A stretch of DNA of 52,676 bases from an uncultured Candidatus Saccharibacteria bacterium (GTDB lineage: Bacteria; Patescibacteriota; Minisyncoccia; Phycocordibacterales; UBA9973): the NCBI GenBank assembly GCA_964580855.1, contig CAZOLF010000001.1, positions 1 to 52,676 on the forward strand, written 5' to 3'. Within the stretch, counting starts at the first letter, position 1. Each line of letters begins with the position of its first letter. The position numbers and the translations under genes were made by a program. This document shows, in pieces, positions 17,168 through 25,762 of the stretch. The notes below the pieces were generated by a model. The model saw only the letters and a program-made list of their open reading frames with translations. It had not been told where the DNA came from and did no database searches.

Positions 17168-18739
17168 ATGTCATTTTCGCGGATTTATGCGGCGCAACCG
17201 CATATGCTAAAAGGTAAAATTGTTACTATCGAGGTGGACATTACAAAGAACACTCTGCACGCTTTTACTATGGTGGGCTTGCCCGACAAAGCCGTTGATG
17301 AAGCAAAAGACCGAATGTCTTCCGCTCTCAAAAATTCGGGCTTTGCATCTCCAAAAAATCAAAACCAAAAAATTGTCATTTCACTTTCACCGGCGGATTT
17401 GAAAAAAGAAGGATCGTACTTCGACCTTGGTATTGCACTTGCGTATTTACTCTCTGCAGAGGAAATTGATTTCGACCCCGAGGGTCGGGTATTCCTCGGT
17501 GAGCTATCACTCAACGGTGAGCTCCGCCCAATCAAAGGGGCACTACCACTTGCCCAAGAAGCCAAAGCTCGCGGTTATAAAGAAATTTTCCTTCCATTTG
17601 AAAATGCCACTGAAGCCGCACTAATAGATGGAATTGATGTGTATGGTGCCAAAACGTTACTTGATGTCATCAATCACATATATAAAATTAAATATGACAA
17701 AAAGGGTAATCCTTTGGAAAAGGAAAGGCCTAAACTAACAAAATTCCCAAAAACACAAATTGAAAAATCGAATCCAGAATACAAAACCGATTTCCAAGAT
17801 GTGAAAGGCCAAGAAAATGCAAAAAGGGGATTGGAGATCGCTGCCGCTGGCGGACACAACATCGCACTCTCGGGCCCTCCTGGAACAGGCAAGACAATGC
17901 TTGCGCGTGCCTTTTCATATATACTTCCAGATCTCGACAATGAAGACGTTTTGGAAATTACAGGAATACATTCGATCGTTGGAATGCTCGATGGCAAATT
18001 AATTACAGATGCTCCGTTTCGTGCACCACACCACACAGCAAGCTATGTCTCGATGATTGGCGGAGGTACAAATGTAAAACCCGGGGAAGTTACCTTGGCA
18101 CACAAAGGCGTGCTCTTTCTCGACGAATTTCCTGAGTTTGAAAAACGAGTTCTCGAATCTTTGCGACAACCACTCGAAGACAATATTGTCTCTATATCAC
18201 GCGCAAAAGGCTCGGCGATTTTCCCATCCAATTTTATTCTAATAGCGGCAATGAACCCTTGCCCATGTGGACACAAAGGTAATAAACAAAAAGCCTGCAT
18301 TTGCAAACCAACAGATTTAGACAGATACAATCGCAAACTATCAGGGCCCATTATGGACCGTATCGATATGTGGGTGACAGTTAGTAATGTTGGGTTCGAT
18401 GAACTATCGGAGAAAGACCCCAACTCAACCCCGACAAATGTAATAAAAGAACGCGTAAAAAATGCGCGAGATATTCAAGAAAAAAGGTTTAAGAAAGCTA
18501 CAAGAAAAATAAAAACAAATAGTGATATGAATTCCAAAGATTTAAATACTTTCGCACCACTTACAGACGAAGTTAAAAATATTCTTAACCAAAGCGCCGA
18601 AAGATTACAACTCTCCGCCCGTGCGTATCACCGCACTATCAAACTCGCGAGAACTATCGCCGACTTAGAAAGATCTGAAAATATTACAAGCGCCCACATC
18701 CTCGAAGCTCTGCAGTACAGACCAAAAATAAATCAGTAA
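17168..18739 (+). CDS. comM: YifB/ComM-family Mg-chelatase-like AAA+ ATPase (competence-associated helicase family)
   Basis: Lon-protease-like N-domain, Walker A GPPGTGKTMLA, Walker B VLFLDEFPEF, Cys cluster NPCPCGH...CIC, C-terminal ARAYHRTIKLARTIADL. TGT-TATAAT (17153-17161) lies 6 nt before the ATG. Confidence 0.9.
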   Translation: MSFSRIYAAQPHMLKGKIVTIEVDITKNTLHAFTMVGLPDKAVDEAKDRMSSALKNSGFASPKNQNQKIVISLSPADLKKEGSYFDLGIALAYLLSAEEIDFDPEGRVFLGELSLNGELRPIKGALPLAQEAKARGYKEIFLPFENATEAALIDGIDVYGAKTLLDVINHIYKIKYDKKGNPLEKERPKLTKFPKTQIEKSNPEYKTDFQDVKGQENAKRGLEIAAAGGHNIALSGPPGTGKTMLARAFSYILPDLDNEDVLEITGIHSIVGMLDGKLITDAPFRAPHHTASYVSMIGGGTNVKPGEVTLAHKGVLFLDEFPEFEKRVLESLRQPLEDNIVSISRAKGSAIFPSNFILIAAMNPCPCGHKGNKQKACICKPTDLDRYNRKLSGPIMDRIDMWVTVSNVGFDELSEKDPNSTPTNVIKERVKNARDIQEKRFKKATRKIKTNSDMNSKDLNTFAPLTDEVKNILNQSAERLQLSARAYHRTIKLARTIADLERSENITSAHILEALQYRPKINQ

Positions 18740-18757
18740 GTGTGTTAGAATAAATTT

Positions 18758-19219
18758 ATGAAATTAATAATACCAAATTCAAAAAATATAGAAATAAAAA
18801 CTTTGATCCTAGACCTCAACGGTACATTAACTGTCAAAGGGGAATTAGTTAAAGGTGTTCCAGAAATTTTAGAAAAAATTAAAAACAAAGGTATAAAAAT
18901 AGTTCTATTTTCTGGTGATACAAGAGGCAACGGCAAGAAAGTTGCGGATGAGTTAAATATAGAACTTGTTGTAACACCAACAGGAAAAGACAAACGTAAA
19001 TCTGCCTTGAAATTAAATCCAAGTACCTGTGTAGCTATTGGCAATGGCTTGATCGATGTTCCACTTTTAAAAACAGTTAAACTTTCCATCCTAACCCTAC
19101 AAGCGGAAGGTATACATACTGAATGTGTAAAAGAAGCGGATATAATAGTACCGTCAATCATAGATGCTCTGAATTTACTTATAGACGAAAGTAGTCTAAT
19201 CTCAACTCTTCGAAAATAG
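18758..19219 (+). CDS. HAD-superfamily hydrolase (small soluble P-type-ATPase-like subgroup)
   Basis: Motif I LILDLNGTL (D-x-x-G-T as in P-type ATPases), motif IV AIGNGLIDVPLL. 153 aa. Confidence 0.6.
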   Translation: MKLIIPNSKNIEIKTLILDLNGTLTVKGELVKGVPEILEKIKNKGIKIVLFSGDTRGNGKKVADELNIELVVTPTGKDKRKSALKLNPSTCVAIGNGLIDVPLLKTVKLSILTLQAEGIHTECVKEADIIVPSIIDALNLLIDESSLISTLRK

Positions 19220-19281
19220 AGCTCTGGAGATAAAACCTAAAGAATTGTTTTGCATATTTTGTTTTATGTTATTATGTATCT

Positions 19282-19938
19282 ATGAAAAAAATAATCCTCG
19301 TTGTGTTGGTGATAGTACTTGCTGGCCTAGTCTTGTATTATTTTCCGTATTCACAGAAAGCCCCACACGAGCTCTCTTACAAGATAATCGACATAGGGAA
19401 TCCAAGCCTTGAAGTTAGTATTATTGGTCCCGACCCTGAGAACGAAGATATCCCTCATAATGTAAGGATTGTAGACAAGAGATCAGGTAAAAGCATTATC
19501 GCCGACAATATAAATCCTTATCATATGATTATTAATGATCACCCGCAAAGCGATAAATATATTATTGCAGATTTTGGGACTTCCAATGTCCGCCACACAA
19601 AAATATATGATGCAGATACGGGAGTGGAAAGGATAGCTTTTTGTAACCTGGGTTTTGGAGTTTATAACGATTATATTTTATACACAGACTGTAATACAGA
19701 CCCTGACTTTGAATTTAGATCCGCCGTAATCGAAAATGGACAATATAATCCATTCATACATAAATTAAATCTGGATACTTTAGAAAATGAAGTAGTCCTA
19801 CAATCAGATAAACTTCATAAATATGCTTTCACCCAACATCCTAAAAATAATTATAATATTACAGTTACCTCAGTAGAGAAATTCGCAGATTGGTCCGACT
19901 TTTCTAAGTGGAAAGAAAGTCACTTAACTGTAAAATAA
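19282..19938 (+). CDS. Hypothetical membrane-anchored protein
   Basis: N-terminal anchor KKIILVVLVIVLAGLVLYYF. No family recognised. TGT-TATTAT (19267-19275) lies 6 nt before the ATG. Confidence 0.6.
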   Translation: MKKIILVVLVIVLAGLVLYYFPYSQKAPHELSYKIIDIGNPSLEVSIIGPDPENEDIPHNVRIVDKRSGKSIIADNINPYHMIINDHPQSDKYIIADFGTSNVRHTKIYDADTGVERIAFCNLGFGVYNDYILYTDCNTDPDFEFRSAVIENGQYNPFIHKLNLDTLENEVVLQSDKLHKYAFTQHPKNNYNITVTSVEKFADWSDFSKWKESHLTVK

Positions 19939-19953
19939 CTCGTGAGGCACGGC

Positions 19954-20601
19954 CTAAAGAGTTTTATGGTTTATTCTATTATGAAGGGCAGAAATTCCTA
20001 ATAGAAGGAAGTAACCCATGCTTGCAACTAGAATGTGCCAAAGGAAATGTGTTCCAAAAGGAATATAGTTGCACAAAATTAGATCAAAAGTTCTAGCAAG
20101 AATTCCAACAAAGAATAACAATAAGGCAAGGCAGAAGCTCTTGCTTGCATCTCTATTTTTATCTTTAAAGAAAATAGTTATTGCAATAAAAATTAGAAGT
20201 AAAAATATATAAGACAAAGAACCGTTTAAGAATGGGAGTTGCTCTAGAAATAATCCAATCACAAAAATAGAAAGTAAAGCTCCTGTCTGAAGAATTATAT
20301 TTTTATTAAAAACCTTTCTAATAATTAGAAATAGAGAAGTAAGGGTAAAGAAAATAATCGGCAAGGTATCCCCATAATCTGTCACAGCACTAGGAGCAAA
20401 ATGCCACAGAAAACTTCCAGCACTAATTAGTATGAATAGTGCAGTGAGAATATAATCTCTTGGCTGTAAAACCCCATGGCTTTTTTTAATTCCTTTAAGA
20501 TACAGAATGGCAAAAAGAAGGAAAAATCCATTTGTAATTATGTTCAGATATTGAAATCCAGTAGCTCCAAGCTGTTCGCAATATATAGTTGGAATATCCA
20601 T
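19954..20601 (-). CDS. Ceramidase-like / CREST-superfamily 7-TM putative lipid hydrolase
   Basis: About 7 hydrophobic segments. FLWHFAPSAVTDYGDTLPI and FGTHFLWHILV resemble the His/Asp metal-site motifs of alkaline ceramidase and hemolysin-III type proteins. The match is from memory of those motifs. Confidence 0.45.
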   Translation of the reverse strand: MDIPTIYCEQLGATGFQYLNIITNGFFLLFAILYLKGIKKSHGVLQPRDYILTALFILISAGSFLWHFAPSAVTDYGDTLPIIFFTLTSLFLIIRKVFNKNIILQTGALLSIFVIGLFLEQLPFLNGSLSYIFLLLIFIAITIFFKDKNRDASKSFCLALLLFFVGILARTFDLILCNYIPFGTHFLWHILVASMGYFLLLGISALHNRINHKTL

Positions 20602-20605
20602 AAAT

Positions 20606-21394
20606 TTAAATTTCTTTTTCTAATCTTTTCGCTTCTGACCATGCGAGCTCATAGATCTTTTTCATCGCGTCGGCTATTTCAGCGCTCTCTATAATAATTC
20701 CAAGTTTCTCGCGCCAGCTTGCTATCATAACTTTGTTGTCATAAATATTTATTTCTGGAGAAAAGTAGAATTTATCTGCTGGAACGAAGGCCATCTCGCG
20801 CGCTTCTTCTGAATCTCTTGCTTTTCGTTCCATCCCAATTTGAGTCTTTGGAGTAATTGCACGGATTGAAATACCGGCACTTGCACGACGCTTATAATAT
20901 TTTGGGAAATAATTTGGCAATGCTTGGTGCATATCATCAACAGTCGCATACGCACGAATTGGTTCGTGGCTTGTTAGTGTGTCTTCGTACACTTCGATCA
21001 ATCCATCAGTGCCTTCATAGAATCTTACACTCGGACGATCTAGAACTGTATGAATTGATTTCAATTCTGGAATTAGACTTTCTGTTTTCTTTAGCGATTC
21101 ATGTTTCTTTTTAATATCTTCTGTAATAAATTTACTCAAATTCTCTGGACTCTCGGCGCTGTATTCCTGCTTGGGTTCTTTGCCGGAAATACTTACGAGA
21201 CCCTTTGCAGATAGGGAATCGAGAATGTCATAGCCTGTTGTGCGATTAATATTCGCCCGGCGAGATATTGCCGACACAGTACCACGACCAAGTGAGAGTA
21301 GTGCAATATACACACCCGCTTCCTTCTCAGAAAGGCCTATATCCACAAGACTATTTTGAAGCTTTAGAAATTCACTTTGTAGGCTATTTTTCAT
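20606..21394 (-). CDS. TrmB-family transcriptional regulator
   Basis: N-terminal wHTH LVDIGLSEKEAGVYIALLSLGRGTVSAISRRANINRTTGYDILDSLSAKGLV is typical of TrmB. The stop lies 4 nt before the start of ORF 19954..20601, so they form an operon. Confidence 0.8.
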   Translation of the reverse strand: MKNSLQSEFLKLQNSLVDIGLSEKEAGVYIALLSLGRGTVSAISRRANINRTTGYDILDSLSAKGLVSISGKEPKQEYSAESPENLSKFITEDIKKKHESLKKTESLIPELKSIHTVLDRPSVRFYEGTDGLIEVYEDTLTSHEPIRAYATVDDMHQALPNYFPKYYKRRASAGISIRAITPKTQIGMERKARDSEEAREMAFVPADKFYFSPEINIYDNKVMIASWREKLGIIIESAEIADAMKKIYELAWSEAKRLEKEI

Positions 21395-21402
21395 CCTTTA
21401 AG

Positions 21403-21430
21403 TATATAATATGGGGGCTATTTGTGTCAA
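21403..21430 (-). promoter_or_regulatory. Sigma70-like promoter of the trmB operon (minus strand)
   Basis: On the minus strand: TTGACA (21430-21425), 16 nt, TATATA (21408-21403), then 8 nt to the ATG (21394). Confidence 0.5.
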
Positions 21431-21509
21431 TCTTTTTCCACAAAATTCTTTTTTATTAAATTTTACCTTAAAAATAAGCTATTTTATAAGACTATTTTGA
21501 CGCTACAGC

Positions 21510-21537
21510 TTGACAATATATTTTCATTTGCTATAAA
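21510..21537 (+). promoter_or_regulatory. Sigma70-like promoter, leaderless type
   Basis: TTGACA (21510-21515), 16 nt, then TGC-TATAAA (21529-21537). The ATG at 21544 lies 6 nt after the -10. Confidence 0.55.
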
Positions 21538-21543
21538 TACACT

Positions 21544-22170
21544 ATGTTTATACTAATAACAGTTGCATCGCTACTATTCTTTGGAAATAAAACTTTCCTT
21601 CTTTTAGGCAAGCAGATTGGTCAAAAAGTAGGGTGGTTCATGGGCTCTCTCGGCGCGGTGCTTTTTGTAATTTATTTCTTTATTATAGGCACACCAATAC
21701 TTGCTGTAATGGAAATCGGACTAACCCTACTAATGACATATAGATTTATTGCTGGAATTAGAAGCAGTGAGTTGGTGGAAAAAATATTAGGAATAGTTAC
21801 TGGATTAATAATTATATTTCTTACCATTATTGCAAATCAAGGATTAGTAACCTGGGCACAATTTTTTGGGTCGCTTGGAATGCTTGTTGGAACATATTTT
21901 CTGATTGCAAAAAATCAAGCGGAGTCAATAAATTGGAATTCCAGAATTGGCTGGCTGTTATATGGGCTCGGACACTTATTTACTTCGTACATTGGATATC
22001 AAAAACATGAGTGGATATTTTTTGTATTCCAAGTATGGCAGATGCTACTTTGTTTCGGAGGTTTTGCAACAAAAAATTCTAGCAAGAGAAATTTGATTAC
22101 AAAAATCATTTTAATAATTGGGGCAATTGCATCTTTGATTTTTAGTTTTTTTATTAGTACTATTAACTAA
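21544..22170 (+). CDS. Hypothetical polytopic membrane protein (about 6-7 TM; possibly a small transporter)
   Basis: Continuous series of hydrophobic helices. No diagnostic motif recognised. Confidence 0.65.
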   Translation: MFILITVASLLFFGNKTFLLLGKQIGQKVGWFMGSLGAVLFVIYFFIIGTPILAVMEIGLTLLMTYRFIAGIRSSELVEKILGIVTGLIIIFLTIIANQGLVTWAQFFGSLGMLVGTYFLIAKNQAESINWNSRIGWLLYGLGHLFTSYIGYQKHEWIFFVFQVWQMLLCFGGFATKNSSKRNLITKIILIIGAIASLIFSFFISTIN

Positions 22171-22176
22171 CAATAT

Positions 22177-23862
22177 ATGACAAAACAAAATTGTAAAACA
22201 TGCGAAAAAGAATTTGTGATCCGTGATGAGGACATTGTATTCTATGAGCAAATGAAAAGTCCACATCCACTTTATTGCCCAGACTGCCGAATGGCTAAAA
22301 GATTAAATTTCCGTAACGAAAGAACATTCTACAAGAGACCTTGCGATATGTGCAACAAAGATATGATTACAGTATACACTCCAGAATCACCGTTCACAGT
22401 CTATTGTCACGATTGTTGGTGGGGTGATGGCTGGGATCCAAAAGATTATGCTATGGATTATGATTTTTCTAAATCTTTTTTTGAACAATACAAAATTTTA
22501 CAACAAAAAGTCCCAAAGCTAAGTTTGATGGCATTTAATAATGTCCGTAGTGAATACACAAACGGCTCCGCAGAGAACAAAGATTGTTATTTAATCTTTG
22601 CCGCTGACTACAACGAGGATTGTATGTACGGTAGACTCCTACAACGCGATAAATTTTGTGTAGATTGCGCATTTTTACATGAATCAGAACTCTGTTACGA
22701 GTGTACAGATTGTCGTTCATGTTTTAAATGTATGTACTCAGAACAATGCCAGTCATCTACTGATTTACTCTTCTGTTTCAATATGCGTGATTCTTCAAAT
22801 TGTATATTTTGTACAAACGGACGACACATGTCTAATAGTATTTTGAATGTAAAATACGAGAAAGTTGAATTTGAAAAAAAGAAAAAAGAAATACTCGAGA
22901 GTTTTGAAAGTATAGAAAGGGCAAAAAAAGATTTCGAGGAAATAAAACTTCAAGCAATTAGAAAATACACTTCCCAAACGAAGTGCCACAACGTAACGGG
23001 GGATTATCTACACAACTGTCACGAAGGTGTTATGCTTTTTGATACATATGACTCGAAAAATTGTTCATACATGACGGACTCGGAGAACCCAATAGATAGC
23101 ATGGATTGTAACAACTATTACTACAAACCCGAGTTTGGCTACAATATAATGGGCGCGCTAGAAGGGAGTAAGTTAAAGAACTCTGCATTCGTTTTCTATT
23201 GTAATGAAGTTGAATACTGTGAAAGTTGTCATCATTTATCTAATGCATTTGGATGTATTGCGGTACGCAAAGGTAATTACATGATATTTAACAAGCAATA
23301 TACAAAGGAAGAATATTTTGAAATAAAGAAAAAAATCGATGAACAAATAAAAAATGAGGAGGATTATGGGCAATTTTTCCCAGCAGACCTAGCACCTTTT
23401 GGCTACAATGAAACTCTAGCACAGGACTTTTTCCCACTAGAACGCAATGTAGCACTAGAAAGAGGGTATCGTTGGCAAGAAAAGAATACAGGTACATTTG
23501 GCAAAGAAACAATGCCAGAAAATACAATCCCTTCAAGTATTACAAATGTTACAGATGCAATCACTTCAGAAATTCTAGCTTGTAATGAGTGTGGTAAGAA
23601 TTACAAAATCACCCAGGCTGAATTCGAATTCTATAAACGAATGAATTTACCAATTCCGCACAAAGATTTCGAATGCCGACACCAGGCTCGTATGGCCAAA
23701 AGAAATCCTCGCAAATTATATCCTGGAAAATGCATGTGTGAAATTGAAAATCATCTAAATCACAAAGGGATAACATGCGAGGAGAAATTTGAAACAAGTT
23801 ACGGTCCGGAAAGAAAAGAAGTAGTTTATTGCGAGAGTTGCTACAATCAAGAAATTGCATAA
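22177..23862 (+). CDS. Cys-rich multi-zinc-ribbon protein with duplicated terminal modules
   Basis: N-terminus CKTCEKEFVIRDEDIVFYEQMKSPHPLYCPDCRMAKRLNFRNERTFYKRPC. C-terminus CNECGKNYKITQAEFEFYKRMNLPIPHKDFECRHQARMAKRNPRKLYPGKC. The centre holds many CxxC/CxC pairs. Confidence 0.75.
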   Translation: MTKQNCKTCEKEFVIRDEDIVFYEQMKSPHPLYCPDCRMAKRLNFRNERTFYKRPCDMCNKDMITVYTPESPFTVYCHDCWWGDGWDPKDYAMDYDFSKSFFEQYKILQQKVPKLSLMAFNNVRSEYTNGSAENKDCYLIFAADYNEDCMYGRLLQRDKFCVDCAFLHESELCYECTDCRSCFKCMYSEQCQSSTDLLFCFNMRDSSNCIFCTNGRHMSNSILNVKYEKVEFEKKKKEILESFESIERAKKDFEEIKLQAIRKYTSQTKCHNVTGDYLHNCHEGVMLFDTYDSKNCSYMTDSENPIDSMDCNNYYYKPEFGYNIMGALEGSKLKNSAFVFYCNEVEYCESCHHLSNAFGCIAVRKGNYMIFNKQYTKEEYFEIKKKIDEQIKNEEDYGQFFPADLAPFGYNETLAQDFFPLERNVALERGYRWQEKNTGTFGKETMPENTIPSSITNVTDAITSEILACNECGKNYKITQAEFEFYKRMNLPIPHKDFECRHQARMAKRNPRKLYPGKCMCEIENHLNHKGITCEEKFETSYGPERKEVVYCESCYNQEIA

Positions 23863-23865
23863 ATA

Positions 23866-23899
23866 AAAAATCCCCTATGTTTACCATAGGGGATTTTTT
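23866..23899. terminator. Bidirectional intrinsic terminator
   Basis: aaaaatcccctatg (23866-23879) pairs with cataggggattttt (23885-23898). Lies between convergent genes. Confidence 0.8.
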
Positions 23900-24182
23900 A
23901 TACTTTCTTCTTTACTACTTTTTTATTTGTGACTTTCTTTTTCACAGGCTTGTCTGAATGTGGAGCTGTCTCGAGTGTAATTAGTGGAGGATTTAAATTT
24001 AGGTTATTCTTCTTCACAACCTTTTTCTTTACAACTTTCTTTTTAACAGGAGCCTTCTTTGTAGTTGTGACCTTAGTAGGAGTGGCAACAGCTAGAGCAA
24101 CGGAAGGAACAGCCGACAAAGCAAACATTGCTAACACAAAAAAAGAAATAATCTTAACAAAAATTTTTGATTTCAAATTCAT
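23898..24182 (-). CDS. Small secreted Lys/Val-rich protein
   Basis: Signal peptide (IISFFVLAMFALSAVPSVALA) followed by KKAPVKKKVVKKKVVKK ... KPVKKKVTNKKVVKKKV. Starts 6 nt after the stop of the M23 peptidase gene. Confidence 0.55.
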   Translation of the reverse strand: MNLKSKIFVKIISFFVLAMFALSAVPSVALAVATPTKVTTTKKAPVKKKVVKKKVVKKNNLNLNPPLITLETAPHSDKPVKKKVTNKKVVKKKV

Positions 24183-24188
24183 AGAAGT

Positions 24189-25457
24189 TTATTTATATAA
24201 ATTATAAAAATCTTTACTGGTTCCACCAACTTTCAATGGACCAAATGGATTTTTGAATCCTCCACGTACCTCAAAATGTAAGTGGTTACCTGTAGACTTT
24301 CCAGTAGAACCAACTTTACCGATCAAATCACCTTGATTCACAACTTGTCCGGCAACTGCAGTAACAGAACTCATGTGGGCATAAAGAGCCTGACTACCAT
24401 CTGGAGAGTTGATGACAACATAAAAACCGTATCCTCCATTATATCCTTGACCATCGGCGATCAAAACTTTTCCTCCTTTTACTGCATAAATATCTGTACC
24501 TTTTGGTGCACGCAAATCAAAACCATTACCATGGTGTAGACCTTGAGAAGCACTGCCGACCCCTGCTGGGAAAGGCCATATGTATTCTCGGCCTGACCCT
24601 GTATCCAAAGATGAGGGCGTTGGATTTTGCGGTTCTTGGCTTTCCGGTTGATCTATAAATTCTTCTTCATCTTCTGTTAGAGCTTCTTTCTTGGCAACCA
24701 CATTTACTTCCTTTTTAGCCTTATCAGCCTTATCCATCTTTGCGACGGAGCTTGCATCAAGGCCCGGAAGGATAATTGTACTGCCAGACTTCAAATCACT
24801 CGCCTTTGAAAGAACATTAAATTTCAACAAATCATTAGCTGAAATTTTATACTTCTTCGATATACTCTCCAAAGTGTCGCCCTTCTTTACTGTATAGGAC
24901 GAACCTTTCAACGGCACTATTGTCAAAATTTGGCCTTCTTTAGTTAATTCGCTTCGTGGAATATCACTATTGGCATATATAATAGCGGCTTTTGAAACCT
25001 TCATTGATTTGGCAATACTGTCCAATGTATCACCCTTCTTAACAGTATAGATATCAATCTTTTCGTCAGAAGAATATCTTTCTAAGTCAGTATCTATATC
25101 AAGTGGCCCTGTGTATACCTCCATCGCTTGATCCTCAACTATGGCCATTGCCACAATTTCGGACTCTGGTTTAAGGTCGTGCCTTAAGGATGGAACCAAT
25201 AAAGGCATTGTTTGGAGGTTATAGTTACTTTCAGGAGTAGGTTCAGACGCTTGTGAATATGAACCAAAAAGCCCTGAAACAAAGGACATAAATCCAGCAT
25301 TAGCATTCATAGGAGCGAAAACAAGGGAAAAAGCCACAGCAAATGTGGTTAGCCCTTTCAGCAAATAATGCTTATATAATAAAGATATTTTAGACACAAA
25401 GGCATTTTTATGCTTCAAAATGCTCGGAGTGACTTTTTGAGTTTTGTTTTCTTTCAT
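24189..25457 (-). CDS. LysM-domain M23-family peptidoglycan metalloendopeptidase
   Basis: Two LysM repeats (YTVKKGDTLDSIAKSMKVS..., YTVKKGDTLESISKKYKISANDLLKFN) and M23 motifs HHGNGFDL (HxxxD) and GNHLHFEV (HxH). N-terminal anchor or signal. Confidence 0.9.
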   Translation of the reverse strand: MKENKTQKVTPSILKHKNAFVSKISLLYKHYLLKGLTTFAVAFSLVFAPMNANAGFMSFVSGLFGSYSQASEPTPESNYNLQTMPLLVPSLRHDLKPESEIVAMAIVEDQAMEVYTGPLDIDTDLERYSSDEKIDIYTVKKGDTLDSIAKSMKVSKAAIIYANSDIPRSELTKEGQILTIVPLKGSSYTVKKGDTLESISKKYKISANDLLKFNVLSKASDLKSGSTIILPGLDASSVAKMDKADKAKKEVNVVAKKEALTEDEEEFIDQPESQEPQNPTPSSLDTGSGREYIWPFPAGVGSASQGLHHGNGFDLRAPKGTDIYAVKGGKVLIADGQGYNGGYGFYVVINSPDGSQALYAHMSSVTAVAGQVVNQGDLIGKVGSTGKSTGNHLHFEVRGGFKNPFGPLKVGGTSKDFYNLYK

Positions 25458-25651
25458 AAGAATAGGGGAAATTCGGACGCGCAGGCATAATATAGATTAT
25501 CTCTTCCTTTTCTGTTCTAGTAAGGATTAGGACCTTACTTCCTAAAGGGTACCTCAGGGGGGAGATCAAGTCAATAAAAGTACCAAGTTGAGTGTGGAAA
25601 CAACAGTGGAAAACTAAAAAAAGCCTTAAAACCCCGAAGAGGAGTCAAAAT

Positions 25652-25681
25652 TTGACATGACGAACAAAAAGGTTGTAAAAT
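25652..25681 (+). promoter_or_regulatory. Sigma70-like promoter upstream of the Lys/Glu-rich gene block
   Basis: TTGACA (25652-25657), 18 nt, then TG-n-TAAAAT (-10 at 25676-25681). Confidence 0.45.
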
Positions 25682-25746
25682 ATAAGTGTAAAGTCCTACG
25701 GTAGCAAATATCCACTCAATTAAGGTTATATTAAAAATATATTAAA

Positions 25747-25755
25747 TGGTACAAT
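25747..25755 (+). promoter_or_regulatory. Extended -10 element of leaderless type
   Basis: TGG-TACAAT lies 7 nt before the ATG at 25763. Confidence 0.4.
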
Positions 25756-25762
25756 ATAAAAC

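Noticed and set aside
18758-19219. HAD protein with Asn instead of the second motif-I Asp, read as a possible inactive enzyme
   Set aside because: D-x-x-G-T (DLNGT) matches the P-type-ATPase style of motif I (DKTGT), so the substitution is family-typical rather than inactivating.
25458-25650. c-di-AMP (ydaO-type) riboswitch upstream of the LysM-M23 peptidase
   Set aside because: The gene context fits. However, the minus-strand leader lacks the paired GGGGACCCA / CCGAAxCC-type conserved cores as I recall them from B. subtilis ydaO. Kept only as an unspecified structured leader.
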